Notes: generated by a model not told the origin, from the sequence alone. Shown: positions 12,230 through 25,350, counted from the stretch's first letter. The stretch: DNA of 64,000 nt from Octopus sinensis (GCF_006345805.1 NC_042998.1:169694001-169758000), one strand, 5' to 3'. Program-made: numbers and translations.

Positions 12230-12980
12230 ACTAGCCTAGAGTAAGCACCGAGTTCTTGCCAGTAACAAGAAGAACAGAGTTCCTGGGTTGTTCTTTTTGT
12301 TTCTATTGTTGTGAGTTGTGTTAATTCATTATTGATTACTATCAAGGGAACCTGATTGCCACAGTTTTAGAACTCAAACTTTCTTCCTGCACAGCTTTAC
12401 ATTGTAAGCAATTATGTTACTGAACACTTCTTGTAATCCCTCAAGCTGTCGTGTTCTTTCAATTTCAATCTCCATTCTTCTTCCTTGTGAAGATGTTTTG
12501 TATAGATCTTTTTGCTTGTTTCAGTCATATTAGACGAAAATTACATACACCCTACCATTAGTCTGTAGTCTCGAGTCAACCCACATTTCTACTTCTTCAT
12601 GCAAGAGTTAGAATCAACATTAACATCAGTTCCTCCTGCTCATTTGAGCTCATTGGGCAGCAAATCGACACAACTGGTTTCTGTTAGCTATAGTTTTCTC
12701 TACATTTATCCATTTACTATTGGCCTTTTTCATGCCAGTTATGAATGTTCTGCCTCTTGTAGTTTTCAGTTTTTTTTCTCCTTTGTTTTTCCTTCCAGTG
12801 GTGTCTGTTTGAAAGCTGTTTTAGAATGGTATTGTTCTGGTAGATGGAGTATGTGACTTGCTAGTTTTAATCTTAGTTCTGTTGCGATTTTGTTAAGGGG
12901 TCTTCTGTTGGCCCTCTTTAGAATATCATCAGTTATGTGTCTTGCCAATATGTTCTCAGAATCCTTCTGTAGCAGGAGTT
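12230..12980 (-). mobile_element. RTE-type LINE 3' remnant
   Basis: Minus-strand LARHITDDILKRANRRPLNKIATELRLKLASHILHLPEQYHSKTAFKQTPLEG resembles the region after RT in RTE-clade LINEs. Stops and frameshifts present. Confidence 0.5.
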
Positions 12981-15900
12981 AGAATTGAACACATTAAACT
13001 ATGTAGCCCTATAGACCTAGATCACATACTGGAATAGAATTTGGCTATATTCATTTCTAGGAAACCATTAATGATAAAATAAAACAACTTGGTCAGAACT
13101 GACCTTGTGCTATTTAACAACAAAAACAACGACAGTAGTGATATGGAAATTTGAAATTTCCACTCTTATTAATTTTTTAATTTGTTTCCGGTATAATTTA
13201 TTTGTACTTATTTTGAAGTCTTGCCAAATATGTGGTTTAAGCCTGTGAAATTATTCTTTGTTTCTTGGGTACAGGCAAAAGCCAATAGATGTGTGTGTGT
13301 ATGTGTGTGTGTGTATGCACATATGCTCAATATGATGGTGGAAGACCTCCATCATTCAACATCGAGGATTCCATTGTTCGATCAACTGAGTAACCTGCTC
13401 TTGAATTAACATGCAAGTGAATGTGCATTCCACAGGCATGTATACACTTTACCCTTTCATAACTATTTTTTTAATGAAATACCCTGCTTGTGTTTCAATT
13501 AACTTTGAACTTAAGAATTTAGTAAAATAATTTTGTCATTATTAAGCTGGTGTTTAAGCATAGATTAACATGAAAGGGACTCTTATATTCACATATACAA
13601 CAACAATAACAGTAGTGTGGAAATTGGGAATGTCTACTTTTCTTTTAATTTTTTAAATTTGTTCTCTGTAAAATTTTATTGAATTTATTTTGGAGTCTTG
13701 CTAATGTCTGGTTTTGAGCATACTCTATTTTCTGACATACAAGTTGAATTTTTCAGCCCAAAATTTAGAGCCAAAAGGTTAGAGTGACTTATACTCCAAG
13801 ACAACTTTGGAGAACCAAACATTCCATGTGAAATGCAGAATTTGGAAAGATGATGGCAATGTTTGAATGCTTACACTACTTCATCATCATTTACTGTCCA
13901 TTTTCCATGCTGGCATGTGGATGGTTTGACAAGAGCTGGTAAAGCCAGGGGCTGTACCAGGCTACATTGTCTGTTCCAACATGGTTTCTATGGCTGGATG
14001 CCCTTCCTAACACCAACCACTCTACAGAGTATACTGGTTGCTTTTTATGTGGCAACAGCACCAGTATTAATTCTGCTGTGATGGACGGGTCCTCTTGAGA
14101 ACAGCAAGGTGCAAGGCATCTCGGTCCTTTGTCATCTCCTTTGTAAGGCTTAGTGTCTTGAGATCAGCCTTCAATACTTTGTCCCACATCTTTCTAGGTT
14201 TTCCTCTTCCACAATTTCCATCCTCTTTAAGTGATCAATACTTCTGTATGCATCTTTCTACATGATCAAACCAACACAGTCTTATGTTGTTTGTCTGCTG
14301 GAAAATATCATATTAAATTATTCTTAGTTTCTTGAGTACAGGCATGACTGAACAGATAAAAAGTTCACTAGACAGTCATGTGATTCTGTATCAGATACAT
14401 CACTTCACAGTATTTTGAGTAGATGTCTTCTATCATAGCCTTGGTTTAAATGAAACCTTGTGAGTGAAATATTTAGTTGGCTGAATCTGTGAAAGCCCAT
14501 CGAGTGGAAGAGGGAACGAGAGAGAGAGAGAAGAGACTGACTGACAGAGAGTGAGCGTTTGTATGCATATGTATAGGCACAGCTGTGTGGTTGAGAAGTT
14601 TACTTTCTAACCACATCATTTTGAGTTTGCTCCTTTTGGACAGCACCTTGTGCAAGTGTCTTCTATTTTAGCTCCAGGCTGACCAAAGCTTTGTGAATGA
14701 ATTTTGTAGATAGACCCTGAAAGAAGTCTATTGTGTGTGCGTGTGAGTTATTGCCTTCTCATCTTGACACCGTGTGATATTTGTAAATGAGCATCACTGT
14801 CATACAAGCAGTATCTTTCATTTACAATCTTCCACAAAAGCATGTCTGGCCATGGGGAAATATTATATTATTTGGAAACAGGTGCAAGTTGGTGACAGGA
14901 AGAGCATCAAGCCATAGAGAATGTGCCTCAATGAATTCCACCTGCATGGTTAAAATAGACATTAAAATGACAATGATATACACACACACACTGCTTTTGG
15001 ACATTCTTACTCATCTCAAAGCATAATAATGATCCTTTTTGTAATAGGCAGAATGCCTGACAATTGGAGGGAGATAGTTGTAAGTCAATTACATCAACAG
15101 TAGTGTTCAAATGGTACTTATTTTAGCAGCCTCAAAAGATGAAGGGCAAAGTCAGCCCTGGCAGAATTTGAACTCAAAATACTAATGGTTGTATCAGCTC
15201 ACTGATCTAACAATGATAATAATAATAATAATAATTTATTTTGCTATCCTAGCCCATTAATATGTATGAGAGAGAGAGAGAGAGATGCTGACCCTACCCA
15301 GTGACATAATTTCTTGTTACCTTTGTACCACCTGCTCATGCTGTACTACAAATGTAACAGTAAGCCAAATGTTAACATCACTACCAATATCCCTGGTATA
15401 TTCTGTTGCCCCATACATTTCAACACAGCCTATGAGCAAGTGCTCAACACCAACACTATCTGTCACCTCTCCTCATCCTTCGTTGTAAAACTATGCACTT
15501 TCACATATCTAATACTTGTTGATGGAACACATATTGTATCACACTGTTTTATGAGCATATGGAAGCTCCATTCTATATTGGTAAGACAGAAAATGTCATT
15601 ACCCTTTTTGTCCTTTCTTCAATTAATTCATCAGACAAGGAATCATTGTTTTGATATACCTCTCTCACACTTGTTTTGCCAGAAGTGACTCGTGTCCAAT
15701 ATCTCCCTCTGGCTTTCAATGCTGTTAAGGATATATTATCACTACTGCTCTTCTTATAACTGAAAACTTGGCTATCACCATTTCTGTGTGTCAATGTTAA
15801 AAAGTCTGTTTTGTTTTTCTTATATAAGTGTGTCTATTTGTCGAATAATTGTCATTTTTTTTTCAGTGTATTTTTCAAAGTGTATCTATGTTTATTAGTG

Positions 15901-16551
15901 TGTCTGTTTGTTCAATTGCTGTCTTTTTTTTTTTTTTTGCTTGTCTTGTTTTCATTAAAAAATTTTGTTTGAAATTCTTGGTTGTATCTTTGTTGTCACA
16001 CTTTACACTACAACCCCAGAAGTAAAGACCATGTTAAAGCAGGAGTGAACCATATTAAGACATGAGTAAATGAATTTTTTTTTTTCATTTAATTTCAATG
16101 TCCACTTTTGTAAGCTTGCATGGGTTGGATGGAGTTCATTGAAGTAGATTTTATGTGGCTGGGTGCTCTTCTTGTCACCAACCTGTTCAATGAACAGTAT
16201 GCGAAACTCTGAGTAGCAGTTTTTTGTAATTTTTTTTGTGATGTTTTTGCAGCTTTAATAATAATAATAATAATAATAATATATATATATATATATATAT
16301 AGTTTGGACTCGCATGTAAATTATGATGAGTTTAAAAAAAAAATTATACTGTGAATATCTATGCAGTTTGTTCACAAGAACTGCTACAGGGTATTTTTAA
16401 TCAAAAATCAAGCAAAGGAATTAATTCTATTGAAAATTGTAAAGTATAGAAAATGCAATAATAATAGCAGATATATATATATATACACATGTGTTATTTA
16501 TCATGTTTATACTGAATCTGTTTCTTATAAAATCTTTCTTTATCATTGCAG

Positions 16552-17621
16552 AGCCAAGTGTCAAAGTTGACTCTCAAGCTCTTCAACTTGAGCAACTAGC
16601 TGCTGGAATACGACGTAGCATTGTCTTAGATGAAGAGGTTTTCGAAGAAACTTTCCTGCGCTGCATGATTTGCCGCGACCGTTATGAGGAAAGTGTAAAA
16701 GTTCCCAAAATACTTCCATGTCATCACTCTTTCTGCCTGCCATGTTTGATGCAGCTCTATCATTCAGAGTGTGCCCAAAGAAACAGCCTCACTCATTCTC
16801 GTGCAGTTGGTGTTGGTGGAACCATAACGTTTCAATGCCCCAGTTGTCGTAATTCTTTTATGACATCGGAAAGTCATGTTGTCCAACTACCAACTGATCA
16901 TCGAGTTGTTCAACTGTTGGATTTCGTCCGTCATACAAATACATATACAGTTAACTTCTGTTCCAAGCACCATCTTCAGCCATTAAACTTCTTTTGCGAG
17001 CCGTGCATCAAACCTGTGTGTCGTGATTGCACTGTCCTGGATCATAAGGATCGACATGGCCATTACGTTATGGATGTGAATGAAGCACTGAAGAAGTATC
17101 GCCCTGTTATTGAGTCAGCAGTCTCTAACATGGAAAATGAAGCAACTTCTCTAAAGAGCAAAAGCGAAACTCTTGAAGATTTGGTGAGATGCAAAGATAC
17201 TAACAATGACACTATAAAAAAAGAAATTAAAGACGTGTTTGTTGTCCTGAGAAATGCCCTGGAGAACCGTGAGCAAGATTTGATTGAAATAGCAAATCAG
17301 AATGTTTCGCGAGAAAAGCAACGGATTATACAGATTATGGATAAGATGGAAGAGAGACAAATGGTAATCAAGGAGGAATGTTCAAAACTCCGGGAAGCTT
17401 TATCTGACAGCAATATAGAAGAAATGTTTAATCTGCATGAAAATCTCAAGGCAAAAGCTAAAAACCCAATCCATGTAAGGGAGATAGATGACGGTCTCCA
17501 AACTAATTTATCCTTCCATTCAAATATAGACTTTCTATTAGAACAAATTGATAATTATGGTAAGATAGAAGCACAGGTAACCATAAACAACATCTCAAAA
17601 ATGTCTAAAAGTCATACATAG
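16552..17621 (+). CDS. TRIM family E3 ligase (RING-HC, B-box2, coiled coil), large coding exon, probably terminal; upstream exon(s) not located
   Basis: Acceptor ttatcattgcAG at 16550-16551, phase 1. RING CMIC...LPCHHSFCLPC...CPSC at about 16662-16850; B-box CSKH...FFCEPCIKPVCRDC...H...GH at about 16959-17065; then a helical K/E/L-rich segment. Stop TAG 17619-17621. AATAAA at 18327, 18333 and 18436. A possible donor CAG|GTAACC lies at 17577. Confidence 0.9.
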
Positions 17622-19210
17622 GAGAAATTATGGATTACTAGATAGAAGTCATGTCTGATTCAAAAGGAAATAAAAAAGCAGTTTTAAAATTACAAAATTC
17701 ACTGCTTAAGTACTTGGCAAAGTGCAAGGGTTCTTATACCCACTCACCCCCACAAAAAAAAAAAAAACTCCCATCATTATGTAGGAATCTGCAGAATGAA
17801 ATTCAGTGTTTTCACTCCAATCAAGGAACTATAACTGTGCTCAAATTATCAAAGGGAATATTTTCGATACAAAAACTTTACTAAATTTATTCCTTGTCAA
17901 TGACTCTTACAGTAATTAAAAAGACTGAAATGATAAAAAGAATTATTTATATGTATTTATATATTTATGTATGTTTGCTTAAATATTTGTATAAAATTTA
18001 TGCACTTTGAACAGTTGAAGTACAGGTGCATAAATTATCTTGCTTTCTGTTCATCAATAATTTAATCATCCAGCTTCATGCAAGCATTTCATTTCTTAAT
18101 GTCTTACTTTGTTATTGTATGCATTTGGAAAACCACTTATTTATTTATTTACTATATACTCTGATCAGATGTACATTTTTCTATAATTTATTTTGAAATG
18201 AATAACTGATCAGTTAAGTGTAGCCTGTGTCTATTATATGTATAGCTTTTTTCGCTCCAACTTACATTCATGGATTTCATAAATCTAACAAATCCATGGA
18301 TAACCAACATTTCCATTCATTCTTGCAATAAAAATAAAACTCACCAAATTGTGTAAACTGTATTCATTAAAAAACTGTTTTTGTTGTTCTGTGTAATTGT
18401 TTTCATCGTTTTCCTTAAGGAATCCAAAGTTTTGGAATAAAATGTTTATTTAAATAAATTAATAACATTTGCTCTGGTTTTGTTTATAAAAGCACATTGT
18501 CATGAAGAAAAAAGCTGTGAAATTGAGTGATATACATACTAGTAAAATAGATGGTCATGAACTGAAACATAACAAGATCCATTGTGTTTTGCACCTGGGC
18601 AAGGCATATAATTTTACTTACCCGAGGCATATTTTATGATATTTTCTGGCATGCAAGTCAACATAGTAAATAGTGTAAACATGTAGTGTAAATATTCAAA
18701 CATCATTACTATTATTTTGCCATGTCCTACTACATATCACATGGAATTTTTGGTCCTCCTAAGTTGTCTTGGTGTGTAAGTCAAATAACATTTTTTTGGC
18801 TATGAATTTTGGTCTGTAAAACTCAACATGTATGTTGGAAAATACAGAATGTTACAACTGTGTGTTAACAATAAGAAGGACTGGCAACTGTAAGGCAAAA
18901 AAAAAAAGCTGTCCTAACAATATACAAATGTCCAAATTTGCTAAAGACAACTGCTAGCTCTGAAAGTCAAACCAGTGGCTAAAATGCCTTTTGGTATTTG
19001 TTTTGGCTCTTATGTTTTGAATTCAAATCTTGCCAAGGCCACCTTTACCTTTCATTCTTCCAGGATCAATAAAATGAAATACCAGTCAAATACTGGGACC
19101 AATGCCCTCCCATCAAAATAGCTGGCTTCACACCTAAATTAGAAATATTTTTTACATTAAAACTTAGAACTATTTTATCTAAATCTCATTTTTAGAGCAA
19201 GTTTCATTAC

Positions 19211-19617
19211 AGTAATATTCATAAAGTGGTGGCATGGTGTCAACTTAATGTGACAGTCCCATGAAAGGGAATAATACTACTGCTATTTAGCCCTAGGAAG
19301 CACTGCTTCCTGTTGGCCTTGACACATTTCCTGTGTCCTTATGTTTACAAAGAGAGAGATAAGCATCTCCACCTAGTGAAGCCAGCATCCAGAGACTAGT
19401 TTCTCAGTCATTGCTCATCATCAGTCTAGAGTAGCATGTGTAGCAATGACTTAGAAACTAGTTTCTGGATGCTGGCTTTGCTTGGTGGAGATGTTCATCT
19501 CCCCCATTGTAAACATAAGGACCCAGGAAATGTGTCAAGGCCGACAGGAAGCGGTGCTTCCCTTTCATGGAACTGTTGCATTAAGTTGACAACATGCCAC
19601 CACTTTATCATGTTACT
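19211..19617. mobile_element. About 400-bp palindrome (head-to-head inverted copies of a probable Penelope pseudo-LTR)
   Basis: Arm 19211-19415 is the reverse complement of arm 19442-19617, apart from scattered substitutions and an extra segment of about 27 nt in the left arm. Spacer 19416-19441. Confidence 0.85.
19388..19430 (-). ncRNA. Candidate minimal type-I hammerhead ribozyme with canonical CUGAUGA / GAAA core
   Basis: Minus strand: TCTAGA CTGATGA TGAGcaatgaCTGA GAA ACTAGT C TCTGGA. Stem I 6 bp including one G-U; palindromic stem III ACTAGT; GUC triplet (C17 = 19394). Stem II is imperfect (U-A closing pair, one G-G mismatch). Confidence 0.6.
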
Positions 19618-20354
19618 ACTGTATAAATCTCTCTGAGAGATTTAGAAATGTATTATTTCTATTTTAGTAATATTCATGTCAGAAGATATTGATTGACTTA
19701 TATCAAGATTATTATACTGTTCATGAGCTGGTGGTTAATGGTTGTTAGATCAGGGGTTCAATTCTCATACAGGTTAGCTCATTTGTGTCTTTGAGCAAGG
19801 TACTTAATTTTATGTTACTTCAGCACACTTAGCTGAAAATGAGTATGAGTGGCACCTGGAGGTTAACTCTAGTCGAGTGGCTTCCATTCAAAGACAAGTC
19901 TTGTACCTGTAATCTAAAATATCTTCAAACCCAGGTAAGCTCTTGTCTTATGAGCACATGGGCTCAAAGCAGAATTTTATTTCCTTGTTATTATTGTTCA
20001 TTAGAGCTCTCACTCCAAGCTTGAAATTCTAATATTTTTGGAATTCGGGTTCTTATAATAAAAAATATTTACCAGTCATGTTCTTATTGTGTAGCCCTCA
20101 GGTCAGTTCTGGTTGAATAGACCTATGGCATGCTGATAGTTTACCAAACAAAAAGGCAATTCACTTTGTTATAAGAAATAGTATTGTGAAATGAATCCGT
20201 GTATAAACATTTTTTCTCACTTGTTCTCTCTCACCTTTCACATTATAGCATTTATACACAAATGTTTATACTTGTAGTGGTACTATTTTAAGATTTCAGT
20301 TACTATGAAGTCAAGAAATGTGTTAAAATATATTATTAAATATACTATTAACAT

Positions 20355-20585
20355 TTGCAGCGTGGAAGGTGTTTATAAGCCATTTAAGAAACACAAAAGC
20401 CGTTCGATTCACTTCAACATTTAAGTTTAATTTGTCAAAATATTTTCGTCGCTAAAATCCGCGACCTGTTCACTGACAAAAATCCGTGTGTTTCTTAAAT
20501 GGCTTATAAACACCTTCCACGCTGCAATTGTTTTCGTTTCAGCACACGATCTCAGATCAAATTACTTGCTATGCGAGTACATTTC
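20355..20585. mobile_element. Inverted duplication of a dispersed repeat (probable pseudo-LTR); 40-bp arms at 20355-20394 and 20488-20527
   Basis: ttgcagcgtggaaggtgtttataagccatttaagaaacac and its exact reverse complement. The downstream gatctcagatcaaattacttg segment recurs at about 55260-55300 and 62510-62550. Confidence 0.8.
20431..20480 (-). ncRNA. Candidate type-I hammerhead ribozyme with G3-C8 swapped core (GUGAACA)
   Basis: Minus strand: TTTGTCA GTGAACA G GTCGC-ggatttta-GCGAC GAA AATATT T TGACAAA. Stem I 7 bp, stem II 5 bp with G-C closing pair, palindromic stem III, U17 = 20438. Confidence 0.55.
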
Positions 20586-20911
20586 CGTAACTATTAACAT
20601 TGTTTCAATTCAAACATTTTAGATTTTTAGAAAAAAAAGTAGGAGAAACTATGAGTAGAGAATTATACCTTTTGTTAATATTGATTTCAAATTTTGGCAC
20701 AAGGGCAGCAATTTCAGGGGGCAGGGTAAGTCGATTAAATCGACCCCCAGTATTCAACTGGTACTTATTTTATCAACCCCAAAAGGATAAAAAGCAAAGT
20801 CAACATCGGCAGAATGTAAAGACAGACAAACTGCCACAAAACATTTTGCCTGGCGTGGTAATGATTCTGCCAGCTTGCCACCTTACCTTTTGGTAATATT
20901 GATTCATCATC

Positions 20912-21135
20912 ATTATTACTAAAGCAAGTGAGCTGGTAGCATCGTTAGTACACTGGGTGAAATGTTTAGCAGTATTTCATCTGTCTTTGTGTTCCGAGTT
21001 CAAATTCCACCGAGGTTGACTTTGCCTTTCATTCTTTTAGGGTCAATAAAACGAGTACCAGTTGAGTACTGGGGTTGATATAATCAACTTAATCTCGCCC
21101 CTGAAACTGCTGGCCTTGTACCAAAATTTGAAATC
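20912..21135 (+). mobile_element. SINE family B (aaggcg/gtgagctggcagaa head...ttcaaattcc...gactttgcctttcat...gtaccagt)
   Basis: More than ten diverged copies, e.g. about 8940-9030, 19010-19145, 20680-20890(-), 22930-23140, 27170-27410(-), 37340-37470, 39110-39260, 56895-57000, 58693-59170 (split) and 63340-63470. Confidence 0.75.
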
Positions 21136-22013
21136 ATTATCGATGATTACAACGACCTTTGGGATTCTATTGTGTAAGAAGTATTCTTCAGTAGATTCAT
21201 TTAGAGTTTGGTTTAGTTTAACCCTTTTGCCATGGCTCTTAGACACAAATTTCCTATTTTAAAGTGAACTAAGTTAAAATCATCATCATCATTGTTTAAT
21301 GTCTGCTTTCCATGCCAACATGGGTTAAGTGGTTTGGCAAGGAGCTGTCCAAACTCCAATTGTCTGTTGTGGCATGGTTTCTACGGCTAGATGCCCTTTC
21401 TAGTGCCAGCCACTTAACAGAGTGTGCTGGGTGCCTTCTACATGCCATCTGCATTGGTGCTTTTTATGTGGCACTGGCTCCTGAAAGGACAAGCTTGCAT
21501 GTGTGGAAGACAGCGATTTTACTTAGCTTGACATATCAAGTACAGCAAATTATCACATCTCCCGGAAGCACAGTGTCCACAGATCCTTTCTCACCACTTC
21601 GTCCCATGTCTTTCTGAGTCTGCCCCTTCCACAAGTATCCTCCACAATTAGAGTTCAGCAATTCTTTACACAGCCGTCCTCATCCCTACACATCACATGA
21701 CCAAACCAGTGCAGTCTTCTCTCTTGCACACATCTGATACCTCTTAAATCATTTACACTCTGTTGTATGTGTACACATATTACCCATCCAGCAGAGCATG
21801 CTACCTTCATTTCTTTCAACCGTGTGCAAATCCTCTGTAGTCAAAGCCCATATTTTATTGCCATGTAAAATCTTTCTCCAAAATTTCATGTTAATTTGTT
21901 CTAAACTCGAGCTTGATAATGAGTTATTTCACAAAATTCTTCATTATTTTCAAAATCCTTTAAAATAAAGTAGTGGATTTCAACAGAAATATAGTAAAGA
22001 ATGGGTTAAAGTA

Positions 22014-22523
22014 CCGTAAATCTTTGAGTATAATCTGCACTTTTTTCCCAAAATTTAAAGGTCAAAATCCCCAGTGCATACTATATACGAGGCTAAAAAT
22101 GAAAAATATTTTCTAAGCAATGTCCAAGTCTCTATTTGCTGTCCGGCAATGTTTATTCAGACGCATTTTGTGATGTCGGGCATGAAAATACCTTAAGCTA
22201 AGCCTGAAAGTAATGAAGAATCATCTATAACTTGCAGTAAGAAACATTTATTAAAATAAAAGTATTCAGAACACAGAATAACATGTGACAAAAACAATTT
22301 GCAAACATATTTACATTCCCATATAACAGTTAGGAATATCATTATTGTATTACACATGTGCGGAAGTGTTTGTTCGACTAGGTGCTGCTGGCTTAATTAT
22401 GCACAATTCAAGTTAGAGAAGGGGTGCGTATTATACACAAGGTTTAGGTTTTTCAGAGGTACAACCCCCTAAAAATTCCCTGTGTATTATACTCAAGGGT
22501 GGACTATACTCGAGGATTTATGG
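22014..22523. mobile_element. Tc1/mariner-pogo-type MITE with TA TSD
   Basis: TA|CCGTAAATCtTtGAGTATAaTC...GACTATACTCGAGGATTTATGG|TA, with TA at 22012-22013 and 22524-22525. Second copy at 35680-36131. Confidence 0.85.
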
Positions 22524-24419
22524 TAGTTTACTAAACATGGGCATTGTCTTCTCTGTAACAACTTTCATTAAAATGTTCATAAAGCTAGTATAAGTGAAAT
22601 AGTGAAGCTGGATATGCTTCATACAGTCAAAAAGCTCTTATAGATTTGCTCTATCAATTGTTCTCTATAAGAAGAGGTATCAATCCAAAGAAGACTGAAT
22701 AATAGATAAATCATATACCTTGCAAAGTTATAAAGAATTGCTTGTGCTCACTCATGGAACCTTATAGCCAAGTAATAGTTTTTTGCGCTTTGTTGATATT
22801 TGTCATTTTGAGAACTGCTGCTCTCAATGTGCAGAAATAGCAAAACATTTTTTTAAAATTTAGAAATTGCCTGATATGGTTAGAGAGTGGGTCTCTCCAT
22901 GCTTAATATCACCAAAAATGGAAGGGTGACAAATAGGCAGAATCATTAGCAAGCCAGGCAAAGTGCTTGGTGGAATTTTGTCCATATTTACATTCTGAGT
23001 TCAAATTCCACCAAGGTTGACTTTGTCTTTTATCCTTTTGGGTCAATAAAATAAGTACCAGTTCAGTACTAAGGTCAATGTAATTGACTTACACCTTTGC
23101 CCAGAATTGCTGGCCTTGTGCCAAAATTTGAAACTAATATTATCATAAACAGCTGACTCCCAGAAATTGGCAGTTATCAAACACTGCTTCTTACATTCAC
23201 AATCATGTTCTTATATTGTTGCTGATCTTATATTGTTTATCTGCAGTGAGACCCAGTACTTGTCTAAGGCTTTGTGCATCCCCCCTCCAAAAAAAAGCTA
23301 GCAAAAGCCCTTATTTCAATGTTTTAGGTAGCAACATGAAAAGTGTCTTGCTCAAGAAGACAACACAGAGCCCAGTCCAGGAATTGAACTCACTACTCTA
23401 TTATTGTCAGCTCGATGCTCCAACCACTGAGCCATGTGCCTTGACTTAAGGGTACACCCCAAAATATCTTCACCATCTCTTTCTTTTCCAACAGAGGTAG
23501 CCATGTATCCCCTCTACAGCAAAACACCTGTTTCTGTCTCAGATACTTTAACCTCTCATCACCTGACACAAAACTACCTCCTCTCTGTTGAGGAGCTTTT
23601 CTCTTGAAAGTTACTTGGTAATCTCACTGATACTGGCGCCAAATAAGTACCCAGTACACTCTCTGAAGTGGTTGGCATTAGGAAGGACATCCAACTGTAG
23701 AAACCATACCAAAGTAGTCTTCTGGTTTGCCAGCTCTTGGTGCTGTCTTCTTGCTTGCCCAGCTTCTGTCAAACTGTTCAGCTTGTGCCAGCATGGAAAA
23801 TGGACATTAAATGGTAATGTGGATGACAACAATTGTTTTAAAGGTCTGAAAATAACTGTAAGTATTGGTTGACTTTCCAAGTGTCTTTTTTTGTTTTTGG
23901 TTGGGGAAGCACAAAGTGATGCTACCAATGATTCTCTGTAAATTCATCCCACACTAACCTTTACTAAACTGGAGAATTTTGTGATAAATTATCATACATC
24001 TATATAAATTATATTGGTGGTATACTATATTGCTAATTTCTATTTATATGGCTCAGTAGTTTAGAGTGTTGGGATCACAATCACGAGGTAGTGAGTTCAC
24101 TTCCCGGACAAGGTTGTGTTGTGTTTTTAGACAAAACACTTAATTTCATGTTTTGCTCCAGTTCACTCAGCTGTAGAAATGAGTTGTGATGTTACTGAAG
24201 CCAAGCTGTATTGGCTTTTGCCTTTCCTTTGGATAATATCAGTGGTGTATTAATTTCTGTTGGTTTGTCTGTAGATCAAAGGCTGTCACCATCTACTTTC
24301 CAACTCCTATTGATACGTGAAATTCTCCCTCACAGCTTCAATTTTTTGCATCCTTCATTTCATGACTCAAATTATCAGTTCTATGTGGCTAGGATGATCT
24401 CCCTTCTTTGGAAGTAGCG

Positions 24420-25245
24420 AGTTTGCTTCAGCTTGGAGAGAAGCTGAAAAGAAAAAGTTTTCCAATGTTCTGTAGCATGAGGATCAGAGGTTTGAGGTGT
24501 TCTGGGTTACAAGACAGTGAGTCAGATAAACATCATGATGCTGTAGGAGAGAAGTGTGTTCTGGTTGTTTATGGTACACTTGTACTTAGTGATTCTGCAT
24601 ATAAAGAAGCATGGAAGTGTCACTATGAAAGGCAGAAGAATGTAGAGAATGCATGGGAGGAGAGTCCTCCTAATATAGAACCAACAGTCGGAACAGCTAT
24701 TTAAGTTAACAGTAGCATGATGACCACTGAGAGGCTTAAAACTGGCGGAAGGGGATATGGCTTAGTTAACCAGGTTGTCCAGGAAGAGGTCATACACTAC
24801 TGGTGTAGTTGCATTATAGTCAACTGCTACAAAGGTAAAAGAGATGCCTCAGACAGAGATAATTACAGAGGTACCAAATTGTCAGGAGCAGGTCATAAAA
24901 GTTGTAGGAAGGGGTCATAGCTTGACTAGTTATAAAGGAAGTTAACCTAGATGAGGTGCAGTGCCAGGGAGAAGTACTACTAATGCTACCTTCTTAGTAA
25001 AGCAACTGCTGGAGAAGCACTTAGCAAAAAATAAACTGCTGTACTTGGCATTTGTTGCCAAGGAAAAAGCTTTTTATAGGGCCTTTCTTTTTTTGATCTT
25101 GTGGTCATTGCAGAAGCTAGGGTTAGATGAGTGGATGGTGAGAGCTGTCCAAAACGTACACAGTTGCTATTAGTAAGGTGAAAATCAGCAACGAGTATAG
25201 CACTGAATTTAGTGTGTATGTAGGAGTTCACTAAGGATTGTATGT
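24420..25245 (+). mobile_element. RTE LINE reverse transcriptase remnant
   Basis: VNCYKGKRDASDRDNYRGTKL and MPGRSTTNATFLVKQLLEKHLAKNKLLYLAFVAKEKAF...WSLQKLGLDEWMVRAVQ match RTE RT motifs. Many stops. Confidence 0.85.
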
Positions 25246-25350
25246 TAAATGATGAGGGTGGTGATGATGATGATAAAGTATGTCTTCTACTTATATTTCT
25301 TCTGATGTTATTTAATACTCTGTTTAGAATCATACATCATCATAATAAAA

